The position numbers and the translations under genes were made by a program. Of a stretch of DNA of 64,000 bases, positions 25,815 through 40,443 are shown piece after piece. The notes below the pieces were generated by a model. It had not been told where the DNA came from, searched no databases, and worked only from the letters and a program-made list of their open reading frames with translations. The stretch comes from Eledone cirrhosa (Eukaryota). The stretch is taken from assembly GCA_964016885.1 (NCBI GenBank), contig OZ024740.1, positions 341,558,001 through 341,622,000 of the forward strand. Direction: 5' to 3'. Every line of letters starts with the position of its first letter. Positions within the stretch are counted from its first letter, which is position 1.

Positions 25815-26615
25815 TTCAATCACATATATTTTTATTTGTTTGACCCAAATTACTTGGTCGTTTCTTTGGCTGTGCGGATGATTGTTTAACCATCGTCTCA
25901 GTGTGTTTGGCCTTTAATGTATGTTGTAGCTCTGGTTCATATGAATCATTGAGCGCTTGCCACACATCTCGGAAGTTGTTTTTCGTTAATTCCTAAGCTG
26001 AAATACGATTCTTGCTAATTTATATTTGTATTAATCTCCAGAGTCTAGCTATTGACCAGTTAGTTTTCTTGATTTTTTTAGTTGATTCTATTGACTGATG
26101 AATATCTTATGTTAACTTTAACCATTCTGTTGAGAGCTTTATTCGATTTGTGATGTTTTGCATTCTTGCAATAATATACACAACTGAATTCATTTGCCTA
26201 AAATAAGGGTTGCCTCCCTTGCCGAACTCCACGTGGGGTCAGTAACAGTCATTCTTTAAATTAGCATCTGAACTAAAACCCGTTGAAAAAGTGGCTTCCT
26301 TGTTCAATCATCTTACCAGAAGCCTAACATTATTTATGTAAGCGGACAGTACTTGATTTAGGAGTCGCAGAAACCCAAATGCTGGATTTTACCAACCATC
26401 CAGGGGTCCGGGTAAATTTTCAATCACATATATTTTTATTTGTTTGACCCGAATTACTTGATCGTTTCTTTGGCTGTGCGGATGATTGTTTAACCATTGT
26501 CTCAGTGTGTTTGGCCTTTAACGTATGTTGTAGCTCTGGTTCATATGAATCATTGAGCGCTTACCACACATCTCGGAAGTTGTTTTTCGTTAATTCCTAA
26601 GCCGAAATACGATAT
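25815..26615 (+). repeat. TA-associated element with ~200-bp direct repeats (25815-26010, 26420-26612); third copy inverted at 49780-49995
   Basis: ttcaatcacatatatttttatttgtttgaccc...gctgaaatacgat repeated. Confidence 0.75.
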
Positions 26616-26618
26616 ATT

Positions 26619-26665
<47 letters not shown>

Positions 26666-27189
26666 TTATATATATATATATAATTATATATTCGTGTACA
26701 GATATTTTTGCATACACAATAACAAAATATAAATAAAAGTATTTATTTCGCGATAAAGTATTGATTTTCTTCACACGGAAAAAAACCCTGGTAATCTACG
26801 ACAAATTTTTTTTATAATCACAAAATGTAGACACCATCCTGAGGTCGAGGTATTCCGTACTTCTCTGTACTGTTTCAGAAAGGAGTGATAAACATGCCAA
26901 TCTATGTTTAGAATCCCGAGCAACGCCGGGTCATTCTGCTAGTATATATATAAAATATATATTATATATCAAAATTAAATGAGAAAAACTCTTATCCTGG
27001 GAGTATAAACAAGATAGACGAAAACATTTTTCTATCTAACTTTGCTTATATATAGATCTCCCAATCAAGGTTTTGTATGGGGAAGAATTGTTATTGGAAC
27101 CACCAATAATTGTGTAATAAATATTTATACTCTGCTTTGTATTGAGTACCTTACTTACTGTGGTTACTCCCGATTGAACCCGGAATAAA

Positions 27190-27307
<118 letters not shown>

Positions 27308-28149
27308 TATATATATATTGTATTTTCAAATATTTCCAATATTACTGTAGATATTCTGTCACAAAATTTGGTAAACATTCAAACAATATTTGTTTCTGGT
27401 GTAATGTACCTCATTTCTTTCCATGTCACTAATGTCACACAAGGGAAAGACTTAGGCTGATTCAGCTTAACATCTGAGTCACCACAACTCATTTTTTCCA
27501 GCTGAATAGACTGGAGTAATGTGAAATGAATTGTCTTGCTCAAGGACACAATGCATCACCTAGTCCAGGAATTGAACTCATGACCATACGAAGATAAATA
27601 CTACAAGTTATATTATATCAATGATTAAATAAGAAGCAGAAAAAGAAAGTGGGTTAGGTGAACATCAGGTAGTGATATTAAATATAGTAAATATCTGGGA
27701 AAGCAATTCATAAACAGATTAAAAAGGTATAGGTCAGTAGAAGTTCATATCTTTTAACATCTTATGTGTTTCTGAGAGATATCAACAGATTGAAAGTTTC
27801 TGTGTTGAGTTTTCCATCTTTTTGCTGTAGTAGTACTCTGTTCAAAATTGTGCATAATAATTCTGAATATCTCCAGTGTCATCCTCATAGTTTCACCCAC
27901 AAACATAAGTGCCACCACCCACGACATGGAGGGGTAGAGGCTGGCTAAGTCTCAGGACAATTTATAACTATTTGACATTTTTGCCTTCTGATTAAAAAAA
28001 AAACTGAGCCCTGTACTTAATACCCAGAAATTGTCATTGCAAACTGAATGAAATAAAGTCTGAACAATACTGAGAAGAAATAAATGTATTCAATATTTCT
28101 GTTTGAATGCAACTCTAATTATAAACTATCATCATCATCATCATTATTT

Positions 28150-28260
28150 AATCCCGCCGAGGTTAACTTTGCCTTTCATCCTTACGGGGTCGATAAAATA
28201 AAGTACCAGTAATGCACTGGGTAATTGCTGGCCTTGTGCCAAAAAGTAGAAACAATTATT
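28150..28260 (+). mobile_element. tRNA-SINE family B, truncated
   Basis: Family B core and tail. Confidence 0.8.
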
Positions 28261-30489
28261 TAATGTTTGTCTTCCCTGCTAGCAAGGATTGGATGTGTCA
28301 TTATAGACCAAGTCAGTCCTCAAGCAGAGCTGCTAACTTCTCAGACAAGCTGGGAGCCTGCATCTCATTTACATATCTTCCTGCACTCTACTGAGTGTTC
28401 ATTCCCATGTTCTACCGTGCACATTTTATCATGGCATCAACATTAGGGAAGTTGTATTGTTTTTGACACAACTGAAGAGTCCTCCTGACCCTTTGTTTGA
28501 CAGGTTTTTTTTATGGCTGGGGACCGCTCCTATCACCGGCCATTTTACAGAGTGTACTTGGTGTGTTTATTGTGTAGATCACCAACACTAGGAAGGTTGT
28601 CATGTCTTTGATACAGTTGAAGTGTCCTCAAATATCTTAAATGATTTTGCTATAATATATATATGAGTTAGCATTTTATAATATACACTGCCTAACAGCC
28701 ACTCCTCCTTCAGATTTTACCTTTGCATCATATTGCATGGATAGGTGGGACACAGGGGCAACCTATTAATTTCTCATTGGTCTACTGCATTGAAAATGTT
28801 TTTTTTCAAGGGAATGGATGGGCAGTAAGATCAAGGACCACTCTAAGCAGTACAAACTCTAGCCAAACCAATGCTTGCATCTTAAAAAAAACAAGAAAAT
28901 CAAGGATACATTAAATATCTCAATCCTAGACACACTATGCTAGAAGAACATCTTTGATTATACGTCTGCTCAATCAGAACTGACCTAGGGCTAAACCATA
29001 ACAATTACTTAACTTCAGATTTTCACTTTAAAATGTACTGAGAGAAAATTGGAGTAAACAAATTCCAAGAGTTTATTTAAAGCTGCTAGCAGAAAAATCT
29101 GGATGAATCAGGTACTGGGATATAAGACACATTCAGTAAAATGGCTGTTAACCAAACAGAGATGATACAGTGAGAGAGGACTGTTGAGTCTTTCTGAGTA
29201 CATGAGAACCTCACTAGTGCTGGTGCCATGATAAAATGCACCAGTACATGATGTAATGGGGTTAGTATTAGGTAAGGTATTCAGCTTTAGAAACTATGCC
29301 AAAATATGGAATTTATGAGCAAGGCATGATATCCACCTATTTTGTCTCAACCTATTCCAGTATGGAAAGCAAATGTAAAACATTTGGGTTGACCAAGATA
29401 CTCTCATGGAATGACCAAATGAGGTTTATTTTTCAACATAATCCTTAGAAAGAAACAATGTAGTTATTAATAAGAAAAGGTGAAACTAATACATGCAAGA
29501 GTTCACAGCTATAGCATCATCATCATCATCATCATCATCGTTTTACGTTCACTTTTCCATGCATGCATGGGTCCTTCTCAGCACAGCATCTCTCCACTTG
29601 ACACATTTCTTCGTCATCTCTTCTGTGAGTCTCAGTAATTTGAAGTCAACTCTCACCACTTCTGCCCAGGCATTTTTGGTCTACTAATATTTGGCATAGT
29701 TTCCACTGGCATTTTCCTGGAACTTCTTCACCCATCAATCATCATCCATGCACATCACATGTCTGTACCAATGCAATCTCCTCTCATGCACACCATCTCG
29801 GATTCCTCTTTAACCCATTTTCTCCCTCAATCCTTTCAGTGTCAATAAATAAAGTACCAGTCCAGGGATTGTAGATTGGTGGCTTTGTTAGAGTTGAATG
29901 GAATGCTTTGTGGTATCTGAACCAGTTCAGTGCATTCTGAGTTCAACTCCTGTGTCCTTCTGCCAGAAATTGCAATCAGCAGATAGCTAGTACCAACAAT
30001 AGAGAGACCAACAGAAACATAGTTTCCTTGGTCTAATCTGATGAACGTTGTTTTTCCTATTTTTTATACACTAGAAAATACGATATTTTCCTCAATACTG
30101 AAAATATATTTTCTTTTTGTGATTATATCCAATGGTTTCATTTATGAAAACAAAACTTACTTAAAGACCACTTCTGAAAACATGGAAAGTTGTTTTTCTT
30201 TATAATGTTGTTTACTTGTTTCCTGATAAACTACTGACTGACCTCCCCCCCCCTACCTCAGTGTCAACTACAAGACGCTATCACTCTATAGCCCCCTTCT
30301 CCCACCTGGGAGTGTTGAGCTATAAAACTACCTCAAAACTTTTCATGAAAAGAAAATTCATCCAGTACAGTGTAAAACATATTTCGGTATTATAACACCT
30401 CATATATCTATCTGTGTATATATATATATACAAAAAAGTTATATATATATATATATATATACAAAAAAGTTATATATATATATATATAT

Positions 30490-31045
30490 ACAAAGTTATA
30501 TCTGTATAAATACAGAGGGTTTATCCAAGACTGCGCCAACATGTATAAATATATACACATATCTAATATGTAGGCATGTAAACATGCTAGAAAATATGGA
30601 TTTCTCTGTAAATTGAAAAAAATCTTTAATTGATTTTCGGATCTTCTTAGATCCTCATCAGAAGACGTGTATATCATCTAATCAACCACAAAGCAGCATG
30701 TATATGATGGGTATATATATATACCCATTCGTTCTTAGTATTATTCTTAAATCGACATACTAATTTGTATATAGTTGGTGCTTGTGTTGGTAATTAATTA
30801 AGATATATAGTAAGAAGTTATAACTGTATAATAAAGTTATATCTGTATATACACAGACATAACTTTATCACACACTTCGGCTGCTAGCACACTTCTTACT
30901 ATCATATTTTCTGGTATGTTTATATGCCTACATATTAGATATGTGTATTTATTCATTAACACAGGTGCAGTCTCGATTACCCACTCTGTATTTATACAGA
31001 TATAAATTTATCATGCACTTCGGCTGCTAGTGCACTTCTTACTAC
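30490..31045 (-). mobile_element. TA-embedded HHR element with inverted terminal copies
   Basis: 30490-30598 is inverted at 30903-31012; intact HHR inside. Confidence 0.65.
30622..30666 (-). ncRNA. Minimal type I hammerhead ribozyme, intact core
   Basis: Minus gtctt-CTGATGA-GGATCT-aaga-AGATCC-GAAA-atcaat-TA-aagat; 5-bp stem I, 6-bp stem II, 2-bp stem III, UUA site. Confidence 0.8.
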
Positions 31046-31056
31046 ATATATATATA

Positions 31057-31102
<46 letters not shown>

Positions 31103-31105
<3 letters not shown>

Positions 31106-31298
31106 CACAAAGGAAGTGTGGTAAGGAACCAGATGGACCATAACGCACTAGAGTACTCAATACTTAGGGTAGTAATAAGAAAATGTTTAACCCTGATGGC
31201 AGAGTTCAAGCCGTTTCGACGGTTATTTCTGGACTATTAATCCAGAAATAGCCGTCGAAATGGCTTGAGCTCTGCCGTCGGGTTTAAACATTTTCCTA
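31103..31298 (-). mobile_element. Foldback family H, copy 4
   Basis: Hairpin 31175-31298 and shared tail. Confidence 0.75.
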
Positions 31299-31317
31299 TA
31301 TATATTATATATATATA

Positions 31318-31610
31318 TCTAGGGCGGGTAAAATTCCTGATATCCACCGGTCTCTGTCCCTCATCATTGCTGCCATGTCCTGTGTCTCTGAGAGACCTGT
31401 ATCTGTCCTTAGGGCATCAACATATGTCAAGCTCAGTCTCCCTCTTCCTTCTAGTGTGTCCGTGCAAGGGCTCCCACAGGAGTACTGAGTGTGGTGTCAA
31501 CTCTGAATGTTGGTGAACATGTCCAGCTAACCTCAGTCTCCTCTGTGTTATATTCGAGGTGACTTTTGGGAGGATCCCGTACAACTATGAGTTCTTCATC
31601 CTCAGTGTAT
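31318..31610 (-). mobile_element. RTE/RTEX-like LINE 3' fragment, collinear paralogue of 1293-1745
   Basis: Same sequence as both halves of the 1293-1745 element, but uninverted. Confidence 0.75.
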
Positions 31611-31742
31611 ACATATATATATATGTATATATGTATACTTCCCGTATGAGTAAGACAAGGTCAGCCGACCTGACACTGCCCACAGTAGGACAACCCGTCT
31701 AACCCATGCTAGCGTGGAAGGATGGACGTAAAATGGTGATGA

Positions 31743-31813
<71 letters not shown>

Positions 31814-31920
31814 AAGAGGAATTGGAAATAGCACGAAAAATATATTTAAAGGATCTGTTTTTCTTTTTTTCTTATTTGAAGTTTTATAAAGGAGTTTTAT
31901 AATGATTACAAAATATATAA

Positions 31921-31967
31921 AATATAACCGGTTTCGATGTAGCAGTGTAATCATCTTATCAAATGTT
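31921..31967 (-). ncRNA. Decayed type I hammerhead motif
   Basis: Minus aacat-TTGATAA-gatg..catc-GAAA-ccgg-TT-atatt; two core transitions; palindromic ACCGGT. Confidence 0.4.
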
Positions 31968-32194
31968 GAATATTGCAATTAAAAAGAATTAAAAATTAAA
32001 AATTTTTAATTAAGCGTTGAAGAAGGTCTGTTCATCTTTATTGTTATATATATTACACACCCAAAACAGGAGGGTACACAGAACAAAGACAACGGAAGCT
32101 CCCCATATATATGTAGATCCCAAATAAAATTGGGGTTAATCACAGTTAAAAAGATACTCAATACATTAGTAGTGTGTAATCATCATTATTTGAC

Positions 32195-32462
32195 AGTTTG
32201 CCTTTCATCCTTACGGGGTCGATAAAATAAAGTACCAGTAATACACTGGTTAATTGCTGGCCTTGTGCCAAATGTAGAAACAATTATTTGACAGAGGGTC
32301 AGACGCCATGCTTTGCAGCAAAGAGTTACGGCCCTTTATGATCTGAGTTCAAATCCCGTCGAGGTTAACTTTGCCTTTCATCCTTACGGGGTTGATAAAA
32401 TAAAGTACCAGAAATGCACTGGGATAATTGCTGGCCTTGTGCCAAAAGTAGAAACAATTATT
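32195..32462 (+). mobile_element. tRNA-SINE family B, two tandem copies
   Basis: Family B core at 32195 and 32360. Confidence 0.8.
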
Positions 32463-33059
32463 TGACATAGAAATGGATTCTATAGGACCAGACCAGAACT
32501 ACACACACACACACACACACACATTAATGTATTAAAGTTATAGTTGCACAAAAGCAACATGTGTTGATTAGCCCAATCAACATTCATTCAGTGATACATG
32601 GAATTGGTTCACCAATAATTCAAAATTGAAAGGACTATAAACAGAAGACATGGACAATATGTAGAGAGAGTTCAGACAGAAAATAAGAAATACACAGCAT
32701 AAAACATAACATAATGTGTGTATGTGTGTGTGCATGGGAGAGAGAATGAGAGAGAGGGAGGAGAGGGAGAGAAAGAGAGAGAGAGAGAGAGAGTTTATTT
32801 TATTAGTCCCCTCTCCTCCTCTAAAAACAGCTCAGCATGGTCCATGCTTTAACACAATATTTGGTAGCATGTGAGATAGAAGGATGAGATAATATCTATC
32901 TATCTATCTATAGCCGGGACTTTCATTATTTCTCACAAATTACCATCAAATGTAGCCACTATGTTTATCATCAAGAATCCATTGAAACATTCATACAGAT
33001 TTACATACATATATATTAGTTTTCTTATCAACTGGTGTGTTGGTTATCTATCAGATCTT

Positions 33060-35050
<1,991 letters not shown>

Positions 35051-35434
35051 CTAACCCCACCCACCCCTATGTAACCCTACTTACTCATACTCCACCCTCC
35101 CACTACTGTCATCTTTTTGCTTCACTTGGGTTTCAGTTGAAGTTTGGCTGTCATATTTATAATTTTCTTGGGTTGAAAAGGGGTTAGCTACTCCCTATCC
35201 TTACCCCAATACTTCAGGGTATCTGTGTGTGTGAACCTCTTCCCCCTGTATGTGTCTGTGTAAGATTTATGTACATAATTAATACTTATATAGACATTGG
35301 TGTTTGTCTGTGACCATATGTATATTCTCATTTTCATGGCTTGAAGAGGTTGGGTTGGGGTGGGGTGTATCTTGTCCTTCCCACATCTCTTATTGACTTC
35401 AGGCTATCTCTGTGTGCACATGTATAAATCCTGA

Positions 35435-35468
<34 letters not shown>

Positions 35469-35471
<3 letters not shown>

Positions 35472-36353
35472 CTAGAATCAAAAGGACTTAAAATTAACCT
35501 GGCTAAGACTAAAGTTCTAGTTTGTAGGAAAGAAAATAAGGCGACGGTCCCTTCCGGGAAATGGCCATGCTCAGTGTGTAGGAAAGGCGTAGGTAGAAAC
35601 TCCATTTTATGTCCCAAATGCAAAGTATGGGTGCATAAAAGATGTAGTGGGATCACAGGTAAGCTAACTGAGAACATAGATTTTACATGTGGCCGGTGCT
35701 CTGGTGCAATAAGTAGCAGCAAGTGCCCACAAAATACTAGCTCTTTCAATTGTGCAGAGGGTTCTATAGAAATAGTGGACAGCTTCCGTTACCTGGGTGA
35801 CAAAATCAGCAGTGGGGGAGGGTGCTCTGAAAGTACAGTAGCTAGAGTCAGAACTGGATGGAAAAAGTTCAGAGAGCTTATACCACTATTAGCTGCTAAA
35901 GGGTTCTCCCTAAAAATGAAAGGCAGGTTGTATGATGCCTGCATACGAACAGCAATGTTGCATGGCAGTGAGACCTGGGCATTGTGTGCAGAGGATATAC
36001 GCAGACTAGAGAGGAACGAAGCTTGCATGCTCCGCTGGATGTGTAATAGTAACATACGTGAATGGCAAAGCATAAGCGAACTAAGGAAAAAATTAGAAAT
36101 AAGAGGGATCAGATGTTGTTTACTCGAGAGAAGGCTACGTTGGTATGGTCACGTGATGCGCATGAAAGACGACAGCTGTATAACAAAGTGCAGGGCAATA
36201 AAGATAGACGGTAGCTACGGAGTAGGCAGACCCAGAAAAACCTGGGACGAGCTGATAAATTCCGACCTCACACACTTACACCTCTCCAAGACAATGTCAC
36301 TGGACCGAGACCTTTGGCGGTACTCAGTAATAGAGAAGACCCGCCTTACCTAA
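35469..36353 (+). CDS. RTE ORF2 C-terminal part (RT thumb with PHD-like finger), truncated
   Basis: GLKINLAKTK, CSVC..CPKC..HKRC..CGRC, FRYLG, LHGSETW, RLRWYGHV, GRPRKTW. Confidence 0.85.
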
Positions 36354-36835
36354 ATACAAAGTAAAACTTACTACAGTCAGTAGGCATCTCTAACAAAATA
36401 CACCCCCGTCCCACCACCCCCACCCCATCTACACCGCCCCTTTCAATGTAAAGTTATGTTGGTGCCACAACATCCAGGCCGAAACAAATGAGATCGTGTA
36501 GGTGTCATGACAAAAAAACACACAGTCAACGCTGTAATGTGGCCGTGTAGGCAACACGGTAAAATCCTCCCAGCCCCACACTGTAAATGTGGTTGGTGTT
36601 AGGAAGGGCATCCAGCTGTAGAAAACCCGCCAGACAGTCCACGCTGTAATGTGGCCGTATAGGCAACACGGTAAAAACCTCCCAGCCCCACACTGTAAAT
36701 GTGGTTGGTGTTAGGAAGGGCATCCAGCTGTAGAAAACCTGCCAGACAGTCCTATGCGAGCAAGACAATCACTCTTGCCTCAAGTGGGAAAACCCCCGTC
36801 CAAACCCATGCAAGCGTGGAACACGGACGTTAAAC

Positions 36836-36873
<38 letters not shown>
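35469..36873 (+). mobile_element. RTE LINE (PHD family), 5' truncated, inserted in (TA)n
   Basis: Open ORF2 C-terminus, 3'UTR with duplicated module, (GAT)n tail. Confidence 0.92.
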
Positions 36874-36874
<1 letters not shown>

Positions 36875-37009
36875 ATATATGTTACTTGCTATACTACCCA
36901 AGTATCAAGTACTCTGGTGAGAAATGGTCTAACTGGTTTTTACTGCATCCATTCTGATATATATATATATATATATTTATATATGAAGGATTAGTTCAGA
37001 TCTAACTGT

Positions 37010-37178
37010 TGAAACAGCAGGTAGACCATGAAAAACATGGGCGGAGGTGGTGAGAGCAGACCTCAGATCGCTGAAGCTCGCGGTGGAGGAGACGAAGGAC
37101 GGTGACAAGTGGAGAGATGCTGTGCTGAATAGGACCCGTCCCAACCTTGCAAGCAGGGAAAAGCGGATGTAAAATGAT
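37010..37178 (+). mobile_element. 3' end of a second RTE family whose tail matches SINE family A
   Basis: GRP*KTWAEVVRADL..DKWRDAV then ccgtcccaaccttgcaagcagggaaaagcggatgtaaaatgatg. Confidence 0.75.
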
Positions 37179-37192
37179 GGTTTATTTCAAAT

Positions 37193-37250
37193 CCACTCTA
37201 TATATTTCGCTGAGATCTATCAGTTATGACATCCTGAGCTCCTCAGACGG
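37193..37250 (-). ncRNA. Hammerhead-like motif, intact core, poor stem I
   Basis: Minus CTGAGGA-gctcag..tca-taac-tga..ctcagc-GAAA-tata-TA. Confidence 0.4.
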
Positions 37251-37499
37251 TAAAACCTATAAAACAGTGAAATTTCATTAAAAAAACCTTTAAGTTTGGA
37301 AAAATCCAATAATGCAAACATGAAAAGGCAGAGATGAAGACGACGATGATGATGTGATGATCCGGCTTGTCTGACGATCCTGTGTATGTACAGGTGAAAC
37401 TCCAGAGTAACAAACGCATTACTTAGCTATAATAAATGAATATATATCCTTTACTACCTCAAATATTAAGTACTCTGTTGAACAATGGTCTGACTATAA

Positions 37500-37877
37500 A
37501 TAATGGGCTACTCAGCCGTTAATATGGATAAGGTAAGTATATACGTTCAACAATCTGGCAGGAAGGTATACGTTGCTGACGATAGCTAATAAGCTTGAAA
37601 CTAGTACAGCGTTCCTTTGTCAGTATTGAACAAACGAGCAACGATGGTTGCTAGACACTATGGCTTAATACGGGATGTTTGTTTACAAACACACCGAGCA
37701 TTATAATAAATGTTCGGTGAATCCATACGTGCATATATGTATGTGTGCATGTATGTATATATATATACATACAACTGTACATCTGTATACATATATGTAT
37801 GTGCGTATACATACTTATATTTAAGTAACAGCCGTACTAAGAGTGGGAAATGAAATTTCGTTTCATTTTTTCCGTTT
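37500..37877 (+). mobile_element. Retrozyme-like HHR element, single truncated monomer (same family as 62458-63230)
   Basis: Closely matches 62835-63218; ends in (TA)n. Confidence 0.8.
37570..37612 (+). ncRNA. Minimal type I hammerhead ribozyme
   Basis: acgttg-CTGACGA-tagct-aata-agctt-GAAA-ctag-TA-cagcgt; palindromic ACTAGT stem III, GUA site, U-U at the base of stem II. Confidence 0.75.
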
Positions 37878-38099
37878 ATATATATATATATATATAAACG
37901 AAGATGATGATGTTTAACCCATGCTAGCGTGGAAAATGGACATTAAACGAAGATGATGATGATGATGATGATGAGGCTTATTCAACCCATGCCAGGATGG
38001 AAAAGCTACCCCTTTTGTTATATTTCTAATGAAAGATACACACTGCCTATAATTTTCAAATACTTTTGAAAATAATGAAGAATTTGGACAAATTTTGTA

Positions 38100-38490
38100 A
38101 TTGGGGTTCCTTCGAAGGGTCTTTAGAGTAATGTTACTTGATAGAGTGTGTAGTTTAGAGATCAGAGAGTCACTCCAGATAGAAGTGCTACTTCTCCGAA
38201 TTGAAAGATCACAGCTCCATTACTATGGGCATGTGGTTAGAATGTCTCAGAAAAGAATTGCTGGATAGATTTTACGAGCAAAACCAACTGGCTGGAGACC
38301 GAAGGGTAGACCCTGAGCAAGATGGTTGGATAACATCCATGAGCTTGGCTGGTCTCGCTTGGGGATCCAGCTGGATCAGTTGGAGATAGTTGCTTCTGAC
38401 AGGACCCACTGGAAGGAGTATTTGAGGACTCTGCCCCCACAGTCCTTGGGAGAAGAAGAAGAAGGAGAAGAAGGAGGAGGAGGAGACTAA
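38100..38490 (+). pseudogene. RTE (Expander-like) LINE 3' fragment with (GAA)n tail
   Basis: FLRRVFRVMLLDRV..EIRESLQIEVLLLRIERSQLHYYGHVVRM..RPKGRP*ARWLDNI. Confidence 0.75.
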
Positions 38491-38517
38491 TTTATGATTA
38501 TTATGGATTTATTATAC

Positions 38518-38706
38518 GGCGGTGGATTGGCAGTATCGGTAGAGGGTCGGACGCCATGCTTTCAAGCATAGTTACGTCTCTTTATGATCTGAGTTCAAAT
38601 CCCGCCGAGGTTGACTTTGCCTTTCATCCTTACGGGGTCGATAAAATAAAGTACCAGTAATGCACTGGATAATTGCTGGCCTTGTGCCTAAAGTAGAAAC
38701 AATTAT
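38518..38706 (+). mobile_element. tRNA-SINE family B, full length
   Basis: ggcggtggattggcagtatcggtagag (A box), gagttcaaatccc (B box), Meta-like core. Confidence 0.9.
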
Positions 38707-39103
38707 GGATTTATTATACAAAACTTCTCATTTTAGAATGTTTGTCCTTATATTAAAACTTTTCTTCATAATTTTATTATAGAAATGTTAAATAATATTC
38801 TAGATATCAGCTTATTAATGAAAAACATTTATTAAATTCCTTCAAATGTTTGGTTATTTTCAAAATTAATTGAAATACATAGGTAGTGTATTTCATTAGA
38901 AATGTATTTAATGAAAGGTTTAAAATGGTATTTGGTGCATAGTTTGCCAACATTCTTAGATAAATTTATGATGAATGGTTTGTAAACAAATCTAAACTTT
39001 TTAATAGAAACAGTCAGTTATCATTGAACCAGGGTTAGTTGGTTTAGTTTTAAGAGGGTTAAATGAGGATGATGATGATATATACATACACATACACACA
39101 CAC

Positions 39104-39149
<46 letters not shown>

Positions 39150-39339
39150 ATTTGTCAGTTTATGAGTATGTGTGAATGTATTTGTGGATATATATATGCA
39201 TGTGTATGCATGTGTAAGTGTATATGTAAGTGTGAATGCATGATTTATATTCACAATTATACATGCTGGCTTTTGTCAAATATTTGTGCATATGTTTAAT
39301 TTCACTAACTCACATTCGAAAGATGAAGCCAAGAATGTC

Positions 39340-39877
39340 TTGATACATTAACATTTTGTAATGATTTGCTGAAAATATCTACATAAAAGTTTGTTAATTT
39401 GAATGTGCCACCCAAAAGCCACCTTAAATTCAGGAAAAGTTTCCTAAAGAACGTCACACCTCTTGGAACATCAAGCATAAGTAGTGAAAGAGTTACTCGC
39501 TGGGAAGAAAAACTTAACAACCTCCCATCTCTAACAACAATGCAGCTAAAGGCAATCAAGGCACTGTCCCCCCCCCCCCCCAGCAGATACAAACTATGCA
39601 GTGTGTAAATGCCTCAACAGATTAAGATCTGGTGTTGGTCGTGAAAAAGCCAATCTGGCAAAATGGGGTTATTTAAAGGATGGGGATGTGTGTGAATGCA
39701 GCATCGAACCACAGACTACATAGCACCTCCTGATATGCCACCTGCTGGAACACCCATACACAGCATTGGACTTGGCAGAGTTTAATGAGAAAGGACAGCA
39801 ATGTGTTCAGCTGTGGCAGAACTACATCTGGTCAAGCTTTGTAACCGACACTCTTGTGGACATGATAAGAAGAAAAA
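39340..39877 (+). pseudogene. Vingi/Ingi-clade LINE 3' fragment
   Basis: KFRKSFL..LNRLRSGVGREKANLAKWG..CECS..QTT*HLLIC..DL zinc-knuckle C-terminus. Confidence 0.7.
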
Positions 39878-40228
39878 TTCAAATGTTTATAGTATCTTTA
39901 CTAGTGGGTAGATCATTGTGAAACTTTGCAGTAGACTAAAGTTGTAAAGATATCAATTTTTAATGTGATGCAGTTACAGTGTTGTTTTGTACTTTTCAAT
40001 AATTTCTTGTTAATGTGGTTTCAGGATGTAATAAATTAATGGATGTAAGGACCATATTGTTACAAACTAAACATAGAGAACTAATAAGGAAATAGGAAAG
40101 TTCCTTCACCATCATCGTGTGGAGGGTAAAGTCGGTGACATTGACCCCTAGTACGTTACTGGTACTTTATTTTATTGACCCCAGAAGGATAAAAGGCAAA
40201 AGTTGACCTCAGCAGGATTTGAACACAG

Positions 40229-40299
40229 ATCATCATCATCATCACCACTACCACCACCACCATCATTATCATCACCACCAGCGCCATCACCTTCATCAC

Positions 40300-40370
<71 letters not shown>

Positions 40371-40443
40371 CCACCACCATCATCATCATCACCATCATCA
40401 TCAACATCATCGTCGTCACCACCACCACCACCACCACCATCAT
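40229..40443. repeat. (CAT)/(CAC) trinucleotide microsatellite
   Basis: Direct reading. Confidence 0.95.

Larger units (their letters stand above)
25060..26942 (+). mobile_element. Non-autonomous Helitron with nested insertions
   Basis: 5' tatatataaaacagagaatatctgtctgtctg..ccctaaaactcgagaacc; 3' cccgagcaacgccgggtcattctgCTAG|t. Confidence 0.6.

Noticed and set aside
38518-38610. tRNA-like A/B boxes
   Set aside because: SINE heads; no complete cloverleaf
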